A DNA stretch of 64,000 nt, from the NCBI GenBank assembly GCA_043802485.1, contig JAZDKZ010000006.1, positions 32,001-96,000 on the forward strand, written 5' to 3'. The notes beneath the pieces were generated by a model. The model ran no database searches. It was not told the origin of the DNA and saw only the letters and a list, made by a program, of their open reading frames with translations. A program made the translations under genes and the position numbers. This document shows, one piece after another, positions 38,938-49,211 of this stretch. The DNA is from Candidatus Aenigmatarchaeota archaeon. Its GTDB lineage: Archaea > Aenigmatarchaeota > Aenigmatarchaeia > Aenigmatarchaeales > Aenigmatarchaeaceae. How positions within the stretch are numbered: the first letter of the stretch is position 1; each line of letters opens with the position of its first letter.

Positions 38938-39642
38938 ATGAGGCTGAAATGTATCATGATCGATTTTGGTGAAACGATAGCCGACGGTAGGATGGTATAT
39001 AACAATGTCGACAAAGAATACAATTTGCAATTTTGGCGGAGATTAGGATTCAGCGGTTCTCTAGAGGACCTGGAAAACGCTAGGATAAAAAATAGTGCCG
39101 ATATTGGAAAAATCACCTCACAGAAGAACGTCTCGAAAACAACATGGGCAAAGATGTTTGCTAAAAAATTGGGGCTGGAAATAACAGAGAAAGACGCCGA
39201 AGAAGAATTCAGGGGCTTCATAGAATACTACAAGAGAAATGTTCGTTTGTTTCCCAATGTGAAGGACACTCTTGATTTCATAAAGAATAACGGTCTGAAG
39301 CTTGTACTAATTTCTAACGGCTGGAAAGAGTTGAATACCATATTGGAATATTTGGACCTAGACAGGTATTTTGATTTGGTCATTATATCTAAAGACATTG
39401 AAGCGTACAAGTCTGAAGGAATACCGTTCAAAATAGCAATGGAGAAGATGTCGCTAAAGCCGGAGGAATGCATAATGGTCGGCGACAACTTGAAGGAAGA
39501 CGCCTGCTCCAGAAGGATCGGTATAAAGTTCTGCTGGTTCAATCCATTCGGAGCAGAGGCAAAGGAAAATAATTTTGATTTCGAGATAAAAGACTTTAAA
39601 GATATCCAAGGAATTGTGGAAAGCTCTTCTGATAACGATTAG
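38938..39642 (+). CDS. HAD-superfamily hydrolase
   Basis: IDFGETI, ISNG, K, MVGDNLKED. Confidence 0.88.
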   Translation: MRLKCIMIDFGETIADGRMVYNNVDKEYNLQFWRRLGFSGSLEDLENARIKNSADIGKITSQKNVSKTTWAKMFAKKLGLEITEKDAEEEFRGFIEYYKRNVRLFPNVKDTLDFIKNNGLKLVLISNGWKELNTILEYLDLDRYFDLVIISKDIEAYKSEGIPFKIAMEKMSLKPEECIMVGDNLKEDACSRRIGIKFCWFNPFGAEAKENNFDFEIKDFKDIQGIVESSSDND

Positions 39643-39662
39643 ATTTTTGGCTAAGTTCTATT

Positions 39663-40184
39663 TTATACTATGGTCAGCCTGTAGCAGTAGATGTCCTCGA
39701 ACGAGATGTGGATCCTTTCCAGTTCCTCTGCTGAGAAGCCGTTTTTCTTAATCAACTCGTCCACCTTCTTCCTGTTGGTGAGTGAGGAGAAGAGAAGTAG
39801 TATGAAGCCGTCCTCTGCAAGGAACTCTTTTGCCTGGGTCAGGAACCTTTCTATTATTTCATGGCCCTTTTTGCCGCCGTCCAGGGCAGGGTCCTTGGCG
39901 CCCTCCTCGGGAAGGTATGGCGCGTTGAAGACTATGGTGTCAAACTTTTTCTTTTCAAGAGAGGAGAACAGGTCGGATCTGATGAAGGTTATCTTGCTGT
40001 TTTTGAAGTTGTTTATACTTTGTGGGTTGATGTCAACTGCTATGACAGATCTGGCTTTGGACAGAGCAGCAATAGCTTGGATCCCCGAGCCTGTGCCCAT
40101 GTCCAGAACGTTTCCTCGGGCCAGTTTCTTTACATATTTCTCCAGGAGGAAGGAGTCCTCTCTTGGCTGGTAGATGTTTGACAT
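39663..40184 (-). CDS. HemK/PrmC-like methyltransferase
   Basis: YQPREDSFLL, DMGTGSG, FNAPYLP, DGG. Confidence 0.9.
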   Translation of the reverse strand: MSNIYQPREDSFLLEKYVKKLARGNVLDMGTGSGIQAIAALSKARSVIAVDINPQSINNFKNSKITFIRSDLFSSLEKKKFDTIVFNAPYLPEEGAKDPALDGGKKGHEIIERFLTQAKEFLAEDGFILLLFSSLTNRKKVDELIKKNGFSAEELERIHISFEDIYCYRLTIV

Positions 40185-40221
40185 AATGTAAATATAGAAA
40201 TAGATTTTAAATTTATATTCT

Positions 40222-40440
40222 CTATAATTGAAGTACCTTGTATATTTTCATTCTGCCATTTGAATTTCCCTTTGCTATGCTTAAACTTTCCAATTTAAAA
40301 TTGAAAGACAACCTTTTATTTTTCGTTTCTTTAAATGCTTCTCTAAAATTTTTTCTTGAATTTTCAAAAAATGCTAATGTTACATGAGGTTTGAATTGTC
40401 TATGCATTACCTTGCCATATTTCTCTAGCTTTGATGATAT
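40222..40440 (-). pseudogene. C-terminal remnant of a 2'-5' RNA ligase/2H phosphoesterase
   Basis: Only one FKPHVTLA (HxT) motif; in-frame stop shortly upstream. Confidence 0.6.
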
Positions 40441-40482
40441 TCTTGAAGTAAATATTTAAGCCGGCTCTCACTAGTTATAGGC

Positions 40483-40959
40483 ATGGCAAAGAAAATTTCC
40501 GAAGCGAAGAAGATTTCAATGCAGATGGACAAGGAATACAACATAATCAAGGCAAAGATAGCCCCAAAGATGCAAAAGAGATCAAGGGGAAGACTGAAGA
40601 GGCTAAGGAAGAGCATGAGCCGCCTAAAGCCCCTTAAGGTAAAGGAGCGCAATATCTCAATGGCAGAGCGTGACACAAGGGCAAAGCTCGGTCAGGTCAA
40701 GAGACAGATAATGTCTGCAAAGACAAAGGCAAAGGCAGACAAGGCACGCATGGCAAGCCTGACCAAGGAGCTGCAGAGGCTCAGAAAGGAAATACCCCTT
40801 CTGAACAAGAGCATTAGGGCATGGTCCAGTGCAGAGAGAAAGATGGCAGGAAAGCACAAAAGCATAACCAGGGAAATGGCCAAACTTGAGAAGAGAATCG
40901 CAAAGGAAGATATGAGAAAGGACAAAGTTGTCAAGGAACTCCAGAAATACTTCAAATAA
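40483..40959 (+). CDS. Highly basic coiled-coil protein
   Basis: K/R-rich, helical heptad character, host-like codon usage. Confidence 0.7.
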   Translation: MAKKISEAKKISMQMDKEYNIIKAKIAPKMQKRSRGRLKRLRKSMSRLKPLKVKERNISMAERDTRAKLGQVKRQIMSAKTKAKADKARMASLTKELQRLRKEIPLLNKSIRAWSSAERKMAGKHKSITREMAKLEKRIAKEDMRKDKVVKELQKYFK

Positions 40960-41047
40960 TCCTGACAATTTTTATCCGGCTATTTTCACATAAGCATAGG
41001 TCTGTAATTCTGCTAGTTTTGAGTAGCGTGAGAAAACATTAATAACA

Positions 41048-41602
41048 TCACTGGTCAGGATACTCTTCTACCATGTCCTCGTTGTAGACTATCTCCACTC
41101 CCGCTTCCTTGAAGAATTTTCTTGTCAGCTCCCCGTTGTGGTACTTTTTCTGGCATACCACCCTTTTAATTCCGGCGTTGATTATCATCTTGGCGCAGGT
41201 GAAGCATGGCTCGAACTTTACGTAGAGCGTTGCTCCTTCTGTAGATATGCCGTGCAAGGCTGCCTGGACAATGGCATTCTGCTCTGCATGAGTCGTCCTT
41301 ATGCAGTGCTTTGACTGCTTGCCGTCCGGGTTGATCACGTCGTGCATCAGATGACCGACTTCGTCGCAGTGCTTCAAACCTTTCGGCGAGCCGACGTAGC
41401 CTGTGGTAATTATTCTCTTGTTCCTGACAAGGACCGCTCCGTTCCTGCCCCTGTCGCAGGTGCCTCGCGTCCCCACAACCTTGGCTATCTCCATAAAGTA
41501 CTCGTCCCAGGAAGGCCTCTTATATTCTTCCCTCTTTTCTGCAATCAACCTTTCTGCGATTTTGGCAATCTTGTCTTTCAGAAAAAGCTCGTCATCCATC
41601 AA
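41048..41602 (-). CDS. dCMP deaminase (ComEB-like)
   Basis: RPSWDEYFM, HAEQNA, PCFTC. Confidence 0.92.
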   Translation of the reverse strand: MMDDELFLKDKIAKIAERLIAEKREEYKRPSWDEYFMEIAKVVGTRGTCDRGRNGAVLVRNKRIITTGYVGSPKGLKHCDEVGHLMHDVINPDGKQSKHCIRTTHAEQNAIVQAALHGISTEGATLYVKFEPCFTCAKMIINAGIKRVVCQKKYHNGELTRKFFKEAGVEIVYNEDMVEEYPDQ

Positions 41603-41622
41603 TTGGAATTGACATTGAAATT

Positions 41623-42852
41623 TTATATGTTTTTTGGTCTCTGAACCATTATCACGTCCAGGTTCTTTGGCGTTGCCTCGACGCCCAGAATGCCTGCAAC
41701 AGACGGTTTTGTCCTGCCGCCGTTCCCTGAAACTAGTTCTTTAACATAAAGACCTGCGTCTGTCCTGACCCGCAATTCAAGGGTCTTGCTGCTTATCCTT
41801 TTGTATTTTATCTCCTTGACCCTTCTCTTCCTCACAAGGTCGGCTCTTCTGTGAGCGACCCTTGTAGGGGTTCTTTGTGATATGACTCCTTTGAGCTTGT
41901 ACAGCTTCCTCAAATCCTTTTTGTCAACAGACTTTGAGAATTTAACAGTAACATGGTAGGTCTTGTCACCTCTTTCCGTCTTTACCCTGACAACAGTGTT
42001 CCTGTCGCAGAAACGCACCAGCTTGACATTAACCTTCTTGCTCTTGTTTATCTCCCTTTGCATCTTCCTGATGCTGAACTTTCTTTTCACAGGCTTTTCT
42101 ATCTCTATAACAAACGGTCTCCAGTCAAGGCATCTGGCGTCAATGTCCTCCCTACCGCTTCCGTGGAAGGAGCTCTTCTTGCTCTTTGCAGCTTTCAAGA
42201 GCGGCTTTGCTATTATCTCCTGGACAGACGTCTTGTGCACGCCAGGCGTTCCCCATTTGGACTGGGGTATTCCGCGTTTCAGTTTCTTGTAGAAGCCTAG
42301 AACGTAGAGGGAGCCTATTTCCAGTTCATATCTGTTCTTCTCTAGATTGGCTATGATCAGGATGTCAGGCCTTTTGAACGCTACCGGCTTTTTTACAAGC
42401 TTCTCTATCCTCTTGCCCAATTCACGATTAATCTCGGTCTTGATGGATTCGACATACTCTATGCCATTGATTTCCCATATCTTCTCTTCTCGTTTGTGAA
42501 CCTGGCTGCTGACCTTTGAGCCGACAAGAAAGCTGTTGAATTCCAACTTGTTCATCCTCTTTACGCACTTCTCGGCAAATTTGTCAATGCCATCGAAAAT
42601 GTTAGCGCATACCCAGCATTTTTCCTTCTTTCCTGTTTCTAACTTGTTCCTGAACTTGATGCCTTGGAAGTTGCTCATGTCAATTCCTGCTGGATCGATT
42701 TTGTCGGAGTCTATCATCATTGCTGTAAATAATCTTATCACCTTTCCCCTCTTCTCGCTGGTGAAGCCGCTCAATAAATTTGCGTAGAGCCTGCCAAGGC
42801 AGTGGTCGCAAAGGTTCTTTTCAAAAACTTTTGTGTTAATCATATTAATCAT
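41623..42852 (-). CDS. pus10: tRNA pseudouridine(54/55) synthase Pus10
   Basis: CDHCLGR, GSGREDIDAR, QRTPTRVAHRR, GLYVKELVSG..GRT.PS. Confidence 0.94.
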   Translation of the reverse strand: MINMINTKVFEKNLCDHCLGRLYANLLSGFTSEKRGKVIRLFTAMMIDSDKIDPAGIDMSNFQGIKFRNKLETGKKEKCWVCANIFDGIDKFAEKCVKRMNKLEFNSFLVGSKVSSQVHKREEKIWEINGIEYVESIKTEINRELGKRIEKLVKKPVAFKRPDILIIANLEKNRYELEIGSLYVLGFYKKLKRGIPQSKWGTPGVHKTSVQEIIAKPLLKAAKSKKSSFHGSGREDIDARCLDWRPFVIEIEKPVKRKFSIRKMQREINKSKKVNVKLVRFCDRNTVVRVKTERGDKTYHVTVKFSKSVDKKDLRKLYKLKGVISQRTPTRVAHRRADLVRKRRVKEIKYKRISSKTLELRVRTDAGLYVKELVSGNGGRTKPSVAGILGVEATPKNLDVIMVQRPKNI

Positions 42853-42917
42853 AATACCACTCTCAATGGTAAATAAATTATATGTTTAATGTTTTTAATC
42901 AATCTCTAGACGATAAG

Positions 42918-43754
42918 ATGAGAAATTATAGCATAAAAGAGTATAATGAGGTTCTTGAGCTTAGAAAGAAACGATTAACATTCAGAAAAATCTCTAAGAT
43001 TTTGGGAATACCTATGAGTACCATATATATGTGGACTAGAGGCTCTTTGCCTATGAAGCATTCCAAAAAACATAGAGAACACAGAATAAAAAACATAAAA
43101 ATGATTAATGAGAAAAATAGAGGATCAAGAGAAGAAAAATACAATAATTTAAAACGGAAAATTGATACTAATTTTGCGTTCGTCTTAGGTTCTGTTTTAG
43201 GTGATGGTTGCATTAGTTTTACTAAGCGCAATGGTGGTCAGGTTACTCTAATTACTAAAGATAAGGACTTTGCTTTAGATTTTAAGAAATCGTTAGATGA
43301 ATGGAGTTTAATGAAATCTAAATTGATATATTATAGAAACGTATGGCAAGTATGGTCTTATTCTACAGTTATTGCAAAATGCCTAAAATATTATAACCTT
43401 AGCGATATTTTCAGAACAGATGAAAACATTAAATGTTCCTTTCTAAGAGGTATATTCGATGCTGAAGGTAGTGTTGATGTTAAAGGCAAGAAGATAGTTT
43501 TTGCTAACACATCTACAGAAATAACAGAAATTACTAAAATATTATTGGAAGATATTGGAATAGAATGTAAAGTTTACAATAGATTCTCAAATACCAGATA
43601 TATAGAAGGCAGGAAACTTTTTCCTGGCACATACTTTGTAATTCAGATAGGCTCTAGAGAAAATTTGAAAACATACCATGAGAAAGTGGGTTTTTCCATA
43701 AACAGAAAACAAGAAAGATTGGATAAGATTATAAAATCTTATAAGCCTCTTTGA
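42918..43754 (+). CDS. Free-standing LAGLIDADG endonuclease with N-terminal HTH
   Basis: FAFVLGSVLGDGCI and SFLRGIFDAEGSV, IVFANTS, VGF..RKQ; AT-rich. Confidence 0.88.
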   Translation: MRNYSIKEYNEVLELRKKRLTFRKISKILGIPMSTIYMWTRGSLPMKHSKKHREHRIKNIKMINEKNRGSREEKYNNLKRKIDTNFAFVLGSVLGDGCISFTKRNGGQVTLITKDKDFALDFKKSLDEWSLMKSKLIYYRNVWQVWSYSTVIAKCLKYYNLSDIFRTDENIKCSFLRGIFDAEGSVDVKGKKIVFANTSTEITEITKILLEDIGIECKVYNRFSNTRYIEGRKLFPGTYFVIQIGSRENLKTYHEKVGFSINRKQERLDKIIKSYKPL

Positions 43755-44314
43755 TCCAGAGCCCAATTTATAATCGATATACAAGAACTGGCAAGATACA
43801 CGTTTTTTCCAATAGATATCTTTTCGCCGTATCGTAAAGCAAAGCTTTCCTCCCTGCTTGGAAGTCCGATTTGGTCTCCTAGTATTATCATAGGGTTCTC
43901 TTTCAGTTGAACTTCGTTGATGGGAGTCCCCTTTTCATGCAGAACATAAACATTGGAGTCAGTCTCCTTGATAATATCCTGGAAGCTCTTCCTTGCTATC
44001 TGCGTTCCATGGACATCAGACCAGTCCTTGCCAAATCTTGTTGACAATAGTTTTTTTATCCATCTTGCATTGGCCTTCTCGTCAACATAGACTTTCAAAA
44101 GCTTGGAGCCGTCGAAGCATATGGTGACAGGAGCTCTTGACGGGCCATTGAGGTTGACATAGAACTTTGTGTCTTCCCTTGCCCTGTGGGACATCCACAG
44201 TGCGGAAGTTATGCACCTGCATACCAGGTCCATCCTACCTGCCTCCACAAGCTTTTCCTCTTCGAACCTGTTGTCGGTCCTTCCCTTTCTAGAATACAAA
44301 ACAAAGGACCTCAT
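43739..44314 (-). CDS. trmY: tRNA (pseudouridine54-N1)-methyltransferase TrmY
   Basis: GRMDLVCRC, LHEKG, ILGDQIG, ISIG..YLAS SPOUT motifs. Confidence 0.9.
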   Translation of the reverse strand: MRSFVLYSRKGRTDNRFEEEKLVEAGRMDLVCRCITSALWMSHRAREDTKFYVNLNGPSRAPVTICFDGSKLLKVYVDEKANARWIKKLLSTRFGKDWSDVHGTQIARKSFQDIIKETDSNVYVLHEKGTPINEVQLKENPMIILGDQIGLPSREESFALRYGEKISIGKNVYLASSCISIINWALDQRGL

Positions 44315-45633
44315 ATCTTGAAACCTTTGAATCTCTTCATCATATTGCCCATCATGCCGCGTTTGCCAGAGAACATCTTCAACACCTTCTTCATCTGCTC
44401 ATAAGTCTTCATCAGTTCCCTGACCTCTGCCTCTGTTGTTCCTGAACCCTTGGCAATCCTCTTTACCCTTGACGGGTTTATCAGCTGCGGGTCCTGCTTC
44501 TCCTGCTTTGTCATCGACTGTATTATGATGGCCCATTTCTTCATCTTGTTCTCCTGCTTGTCAGCGTCAAACCCTTTGGGCATCTTCATTGCCGACATGC
44601 CAGGAACCATGTTCATCATAGAGCTCATCGAACCCATCTTCTGCATGGATTTCAGCTGCTCGTAGAACTCGTCCATGTTGAACTTACCTGTCATTATTTT
44701 TTGAGCAGTTTCCGGTTTGATCTCCGCTTCCTTTGCCTTTTCAAGAAGGCCCTGCATGTCGCCAAAGCCTATCATTCTTGAGATGAACCTCTCGGGGTCA
44801 AAGACTTCGATAGCATCGACCTTCTCCCCAGTGCCTATGAACTTTATTGGCGCTCCTGTCACTGCACAGGATGTCAAAGCACCACCACCTCTGGCAGTTC
44901 CATCCATCTTTGTAAGAAACACGCCTGTTATACCAACGAGCTTCTTGAAACCTTCTGCTTGTTCTCCTGCAGCCTGACCGAGTTCAGCCGGTATTGTCAG
45001 CAATACCTCGTCAGGTTTCACCAAATCTGCCAGCTGCTTCAGCTCCTTTGCCAGTTCCTCATCCAAAGAGCTTCTTCCTGATGCGTCGAAAATAATGATG
45101 TCATATTTCTTGTGCTTGTTCAGCCCGTTCTTCACAATCTCCAGCGGGTCCTTGATGTCCTTCGGAGCGTAACAGGGAACGTGAATCTGCTCTGCCAATT
45201 GCGAAAGCTGGTCCATGGCAGCAGGCCTGTGAACGTCGCAACCGATTAAGGCGGGTCTCAGACCCCTTTTCTGGTAGAACTTTGACAATTTGCCGATGGA
45301 GGTGGTCTTGCCAGAACCGAAAAGGCCCACAAACATTATCCTTCCAGGCTTCAGCATCAGCTCGGTCTTCTCGCCAACGAACTTTACCAGCTCGTCATAA
45401 ACGATTTTGGTGACATGCTCCTTCGGTGTCAAGCCCTTGGGTGGCTTTTCGTTGACAGCTCTGTCCCTTATCTCGTCTGTCAGCTTTTGCGCAAGCTTGA
45501 TATTGACATCCGCCGATACTAGGGCCTTGTAAATATCGCTAGACAAATCCTCGACTATCTTCTTGTCGACATAGCCTGCCTTTGTCAGTTTTCTCAGGGC
45601 ATCCTTTATGCCGCTGCTTAATCTGTCCAGCAT
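44311..45633 (-). CDS. srp54: Signal recognition particle protein SRP54
   Basis: GLFGSGKTT, DVHRPAA, TKMDG, Met-rich M domain; ATG 45633. Confidence 0.96.
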   Translation of the reverse strand: MLDRLSSGIKDALRKLTKAGYVDKKIVEDLSSDIYKALVSADVNIKLAQKLTDEIRDRAVNEKPPKGLTPKEHVTKIVYDELVKFVGEKTELMLKPGRIMFVGLFGSGKTTSIGKLSKFYQKRGLRPALIGCDVHRPAAMDQLSQLAEQIHVPCYAPKDIKDPLEIVKNGLNKHKKYDIIIFDASGRSSLDEELAKELKQLADLVKPDEVLLTIPAELGQAAGEQAEGFKKLVGITGVFLTKMDGTARGGGALTSCAVTGAPIKFIGTGEKVDAIEVFDPERFISRMIGFGDMQGLLEKAKEAEIKPETAQKIMTGKFNMDEFYEQLKSMQKMGSMSSMMNMVPGMSAMKMPKGFDADKQENKMKKWAIIIQSMTKQEKQDPQLINPSRVKRIAKGSGTTEAEVRELMKTYEQMKKVLKMFSGKRGMMGNMMKRFKGFKI

Positions 45634-45715
45634 AACTAACAGATTAAGTTTTGATTTTTTTAAATCTTGTCTTTGCCTGATATTCAATTATTAATTTATA
45701 GTCTGAATCTATAAT

Positions 45716-46861
45716 ATGGGAAGATTCATTTTCATCAAGGGCAAGAACCCTGTCTTATCCAAGTTGGAGTTGGAGTCATATTTTCAGAGTAGGTGCGTCA
45801 AATATTCAATTGTTGACGATTCAGACGACTTTACCATCATCGACGCTAAAATCGATCCAAAAATGATAGATTCTTTGGGAGGGACCCTTAAGATTGCCGA
45901 GCTGATAACCGAGTGCGAGGATATAACGCCAGAAGCAATGAAAGACGTCGAGAAGATGATAAGCGCTAGGGTCTTTGGTCTGAGCGTCTATGCTGAAAAA
46001 AGGGAGCACGGGATTTACAAGCTGGTCGGAAAGACGCTGAAGGAGAACCTAAGGGAGAACGGGGTCAAGGCCAAATATCTGGGCTTTTCCATAAGCAGAA
46101 GGCCCCAGATGAGCAATGTCGAGCTCATCAAGAGGAAAATCCTGGAGGAGAGCGTTGAGGTTGTTGTGTGTTATTCTGACAGGTTCTACATAGGAGTCAC
46201 CAGAGCTCTGCACAATCCCTTTGAATACCAGAAAAGGGACATGGAGCGCCCTGAGCAGAGGCCCATATTCTCCATACCGCCCAGGCTTGCGAACATTCTC
46301 ATCAACCTTTCAGGGGCAAAGCCCGGCGACTTGTTGTTGGATCCTTTCTGTGGTATAGGCACCATTCTGCAGGAAGCTGCGTTAAGGGGTATGAGGATAG
46401 CCGGCATAGACAAGGACCCGAGTTGTGTGGAGGCTTCGAAGATAAACCTGCATTGGCTTTCCGAAGAGTACAAGCTGGAGATAGACGACGGCATGATAGG
46501 CTTTGGTGACGCGACAAGGCTCAGCGACAACTTTTTGAAAGATTCAGTGGATGCTATTGCTACAGAGCCTTACCTTGGTCCGCCGCTGAGGGGTAGCCAG
46601 AGAGAGAACGAAGTCAGGAAGATATTCAGGCAGCTCGAGCCTATGTACGCAAAGTCTCTGAGGGCCATGGGCAGGATTCTGAAGAAAGGCAAAAGGGTTG
46701 CCATCATATCCCCTTGTATAAGGATGCATAAGGGCAAGGCCGCCCATTTCGAGTTCCAGAGATTGGCAAAGGCTGCCGGCTTCAAGATAATCGAATCGGT
46801 GATTGATGCCGAGAAGAGGCATGTGACCCAGAGGGAAATATTCATCATAGAGAAAAGATGA
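45716..46861 (+). CDS. Trm11/TrmG10-like tRNA methyltransferase
   Basis: SIPPRLA..LIN, DPFCGIGT, TEPYLGP. Confidence 0.8.
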   Translation: MGRFIFIKGKNPVLSKLELESYFQSRCVKYSIVDDSDDFTIIDAKIDPKMIDSLGGTLKIAELITECEDITPEAMKDVEKMISARVFGLSVYAEKREHGIYKLVGKTLKENLRENGVKAKYLGFSISRRPQMSNVELIKRKILEESVEVVVCYSDRFYIGVTRALHNPFEYQKRDMERPEQRPIFSIPPRLANILINLSGAKPGDLLLDPFCGIGTILQEAALRGMRIAGIDKDPSCVEASKINLHWLSEEYKLEIDDGMIGFGDATRLSDNFLKDSVDAIATEPYLGPPLRGSQRENEVRKIFRQLEPMYAKSLRAMGRILKKGKRVAIISPCIRMHKGKAAHFEFQRLAKAAGFKIIESVIDAEKRHVTQREIFIIEKR

Positions 46862-47314
46862 TTAGAAGCTACCCTTGTAACAGTGTTTCAACTTCTTGTC
46901 ATGATTCGTCTTCTCATATTTTTCAATGAATCTTTCCTCGTCCAGATAGTGCTTGCCTTCAATGTAACGGTTCTTGTAATTTTTCACAACAAGATACAGC
47001 TTCTCAAGCTTGGAGAAGAGCTCATCCTTTCTTAGCTCTTCTAGCTTATCAGAATTTTTATCAATCAAGTCAAAGAAATCGATCAATGTCATTTTTTCCT
47101 TCAGAAGGTGAAGCCTTCTTTCTATTGCATCCACAGCAATCTGCTCACAGTAGACATCTCCAGTCAGGTAAAGAATGGCTCTTGCCTCGTTGACTTCATC
47201 CCAGCTGGGGTTTTCCTTGTCCAGTATGTTCTGGTATCTGTTCCAGAGCCTTTCCAGCTCTCCCTCTACTTTTTTCGGCTCCAGCATATATGTATATTTC
47301 ATTAGTTCTATCAT
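46862..47314 (-). CDS. Hypothetical protein
   Basis: 150-aa ORF co-oriented with ftsY. Confidence 0.65.
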   Translation of the reverse strand: MIELMKYTYMLEPKKVEGELERLWNRYQNILDKENPSWDEVNEARAILYLTGDVYCEQIAVDAIERRLHLLKEKMTLIDFFDLIDKNSDKLEELRKDELFSKLEKLYLVVKNYKNRYIEGKHYLDEERFIEKYEKTNHDKKLKHCYKGSF

Positions 47315-47326
47315 GGTTCAGACCGT

Positions 47327-48802
47327 TCACTCTAAAAGCTTGTCAACAAGCTTTTCTGCATCGAACTTTTCCAGATCTTCGTACTCTTGGCCTACTCCGA
47401 GGAAGAGTATCGGTTTGTTGATTGTGTGCGAGGCGGATAAGGCTGCTCCGCCCTTTTCATAGACATCAGCCTTTGTGAGTATCATGGCGTCTATGCCAAC
47501 AGCATCGTTAAAGGTTTTGCACTGGTCATAGATGTCGTTGCCTGTCAATGCATCTAATACTAGAATCTTGAGGTCAGGTTTGTTGACCCTTATAATTTTC
47601 TTCAGTTCGTCAACCAGATTGACGTTGGCATGGCTCCTGCCTGCAGTGTCTGCCAGTATCACATCTAATCCCTTTGACTCTGCGTGCTTCACTGCGTCGA
47701 AAATAACAGCTGCAGGATCTGCGCCGTACTTGTGCTTTATCACAGGTATGTTCAGGTTCCTGCCATGCTCTTCCAGCTGCTCGATGGCTGCTGCTCGCCA
47801 CGAATCGGCTGCAGCGAACACGCAGCTGTAACCCTTTTTCTTAAGCATATGGCCTATTCGGGCTATGGAGGTGGTCTTGCCTGCGCCGTTGAAGCCCACG
47901 AAGACCATAAGGAAAGGCTTTTTGGCTTTTATTTTCTTTTCAATATCAAATGTTTCGATGTCTAGAATCTCTAGTATGGATTTCCTGATGGACTCCTTTA
48001 CTATTTTCTCTATTTCCTTTTTCTTTATCGACTTGCCCACCAAGTTAGCTTTCAAATCGTTTGATATCTTCTCTGCCACATCGAGCGCGACATCCGATTC
48101 TATGAGCCCTGTCTTCAAATCTTCAAGCATGTCCTTTACGTCATTCTCTTCCAATTCCTTCTCGGTGACTTTCTTCCTTATTCTCTGCAGGAAGCCCAAT
48201 TTCTTTTTCGGCTTCTCCTCTTCGGTTTTTTTCTTTTCCACAACTCTTGGCTTTTCTTCAGTCTTTTTCTCTTCTACTTTGGTCTTGGGTTTTTCTTCGA
48301 CCTTTTCTTTTTTGACTTCAACCTTAGGTTCTACTTTCTTGATCTCGGGCTTTTCGATAATTTTGACTTTCTTTTCTGGTTGCTTCTCCACAACCTCTTC
48401 CTTTGCCTCTACAATAGGCTCTATCTTTTCCATTGCTTTTTTTATTTCTTCCAGATCTTCTTTGATCTTGTCCAGCTTCTGAATTTCTGATGTCTCCTCG
48501 ACCGGTTCTTCAACAACTTCTTCAGAAGGTTCCTCTTCAATTTCAGCTATTTCTGGTTCAATTTCTTCTTTCACTATTTGTTCAGGCTCTGCTTTTTCTA
48601 TTTCTTCTGTGATAGGTTTTTCTTCAGAAACAGTTTCTTCCTCTGTTTCAGTAATCTCTTCTTCTGGTTGAGCTTCTTCTTCGACTTCCTCGATAACTTC
48701 TTCTATTGGTTGTTCTTCTAGCTGCTCTTCTTCCTTCTGCTTTACCTTCTTAGAAATTTTATCTATTCCCTCTTTCAGCTTCTTTTTAAGAAATCCGAAC
48801 AT
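47327..48802 (-). CDS. ftsY: SRP receptor FtsY with long charged N-terminal region
   Basis: GFNGAGKTT, RAAAIEQL, DTAGR, GVGQEYEDL. Confidence 0.96.
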   Translation of the reverse strand: MFGFLKKKLKEGIDKISKKVKQKEEEQLEEQPIEEVIEEVEEEAQPEEEITETEEETVSEEKPITEEIEKAEPEQIVKEEIEPEIAEIEEEPSEEVVEEPVEETSEIQKLDKIKEDLEEIKKAMEKIEPIVEAKEEVVEKQPEKKVKIIEKPEIKKVEPKVEVKKEKVEEKPKTKVEEKKTEEKPRVVEKKKTEEEKPKKKLGFLQRIRKKVTEKELEENDVKDMLEDLKTGLIESDVALDVAEKISNDLKANLVGKSIKKKEIEKIVKESIRKSILEILDIETFDIEKKIKAKKPFLMVFVGFNGAGKTTSIARIGHMLKKKGYSCVFAAADSWRAAAIEQLEEHGRNLNIPVIKHKYGADPAAVIFDAVKHAESKGLDVILADTAGRSHANVNLVDELKKIIRVNKPDLKILVLDALTGNDIYDQCKTFNDAVGIDAMILTKADVYEKGGAALSASHTINKPILFLGVGQEYEDLEKFDAEKLVDKLLE

Positions 48803-48806
48803 GATA

Positions 48807-49211
48807 TCAACCCTGCATCTCTTGCAGATTTAACTGGAGCTTTTCCAAGCTGCGTATGATAGCCTGAGATTTTTTGGTCAAGTCGTTCGAATCGTTCTCA
48901 GCCTCTGTTATCCTGCTATCCAAAAGAATGATTGCGTCCTCCCTCTTCTTCTTAAGGGCCATGTCGCTTCCGATGCTAACTATTATCTCGTCCATGTTAT
49001 CGACTGTGCCGAAGACAAAGTTGCCGCTACCCATAGGTATCAGCGCCTTGTTGGGCTCTGTTCTCTTGAGGTCGTCCAACGCCTGCCTTGTCCTCTGGAA
49101 CTCGTCTATCTTCTGGCCGATTATATCTGCCCTCTCCTGCAGCATCTTCAAGTTAGATTCAAGAATCTGGAACTGCACTATCTTCTTCTGCATCTCCTGC
49201 TCTTTACTCAT
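48807..49211 (-). CDS. pfdA: Prefoldin subunit alpha
   Basis: Coiled coils around LIPMGSGNFV..IIVSIGS beta hairpins; synteny. Confidence 0.9.
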   Translation of the reverse strand: MSKEQEMQKKIVQFQILESNLKMLQERADIIGQKIDEFQRTRQALDDLKRTEPNKALIPMGSGNFVFGTVDNMDEIIVSIGSDMALKKKREDAIILLDSRITEAENDSNDLTKKSQAIIRSLEKLQLNLQEMQG

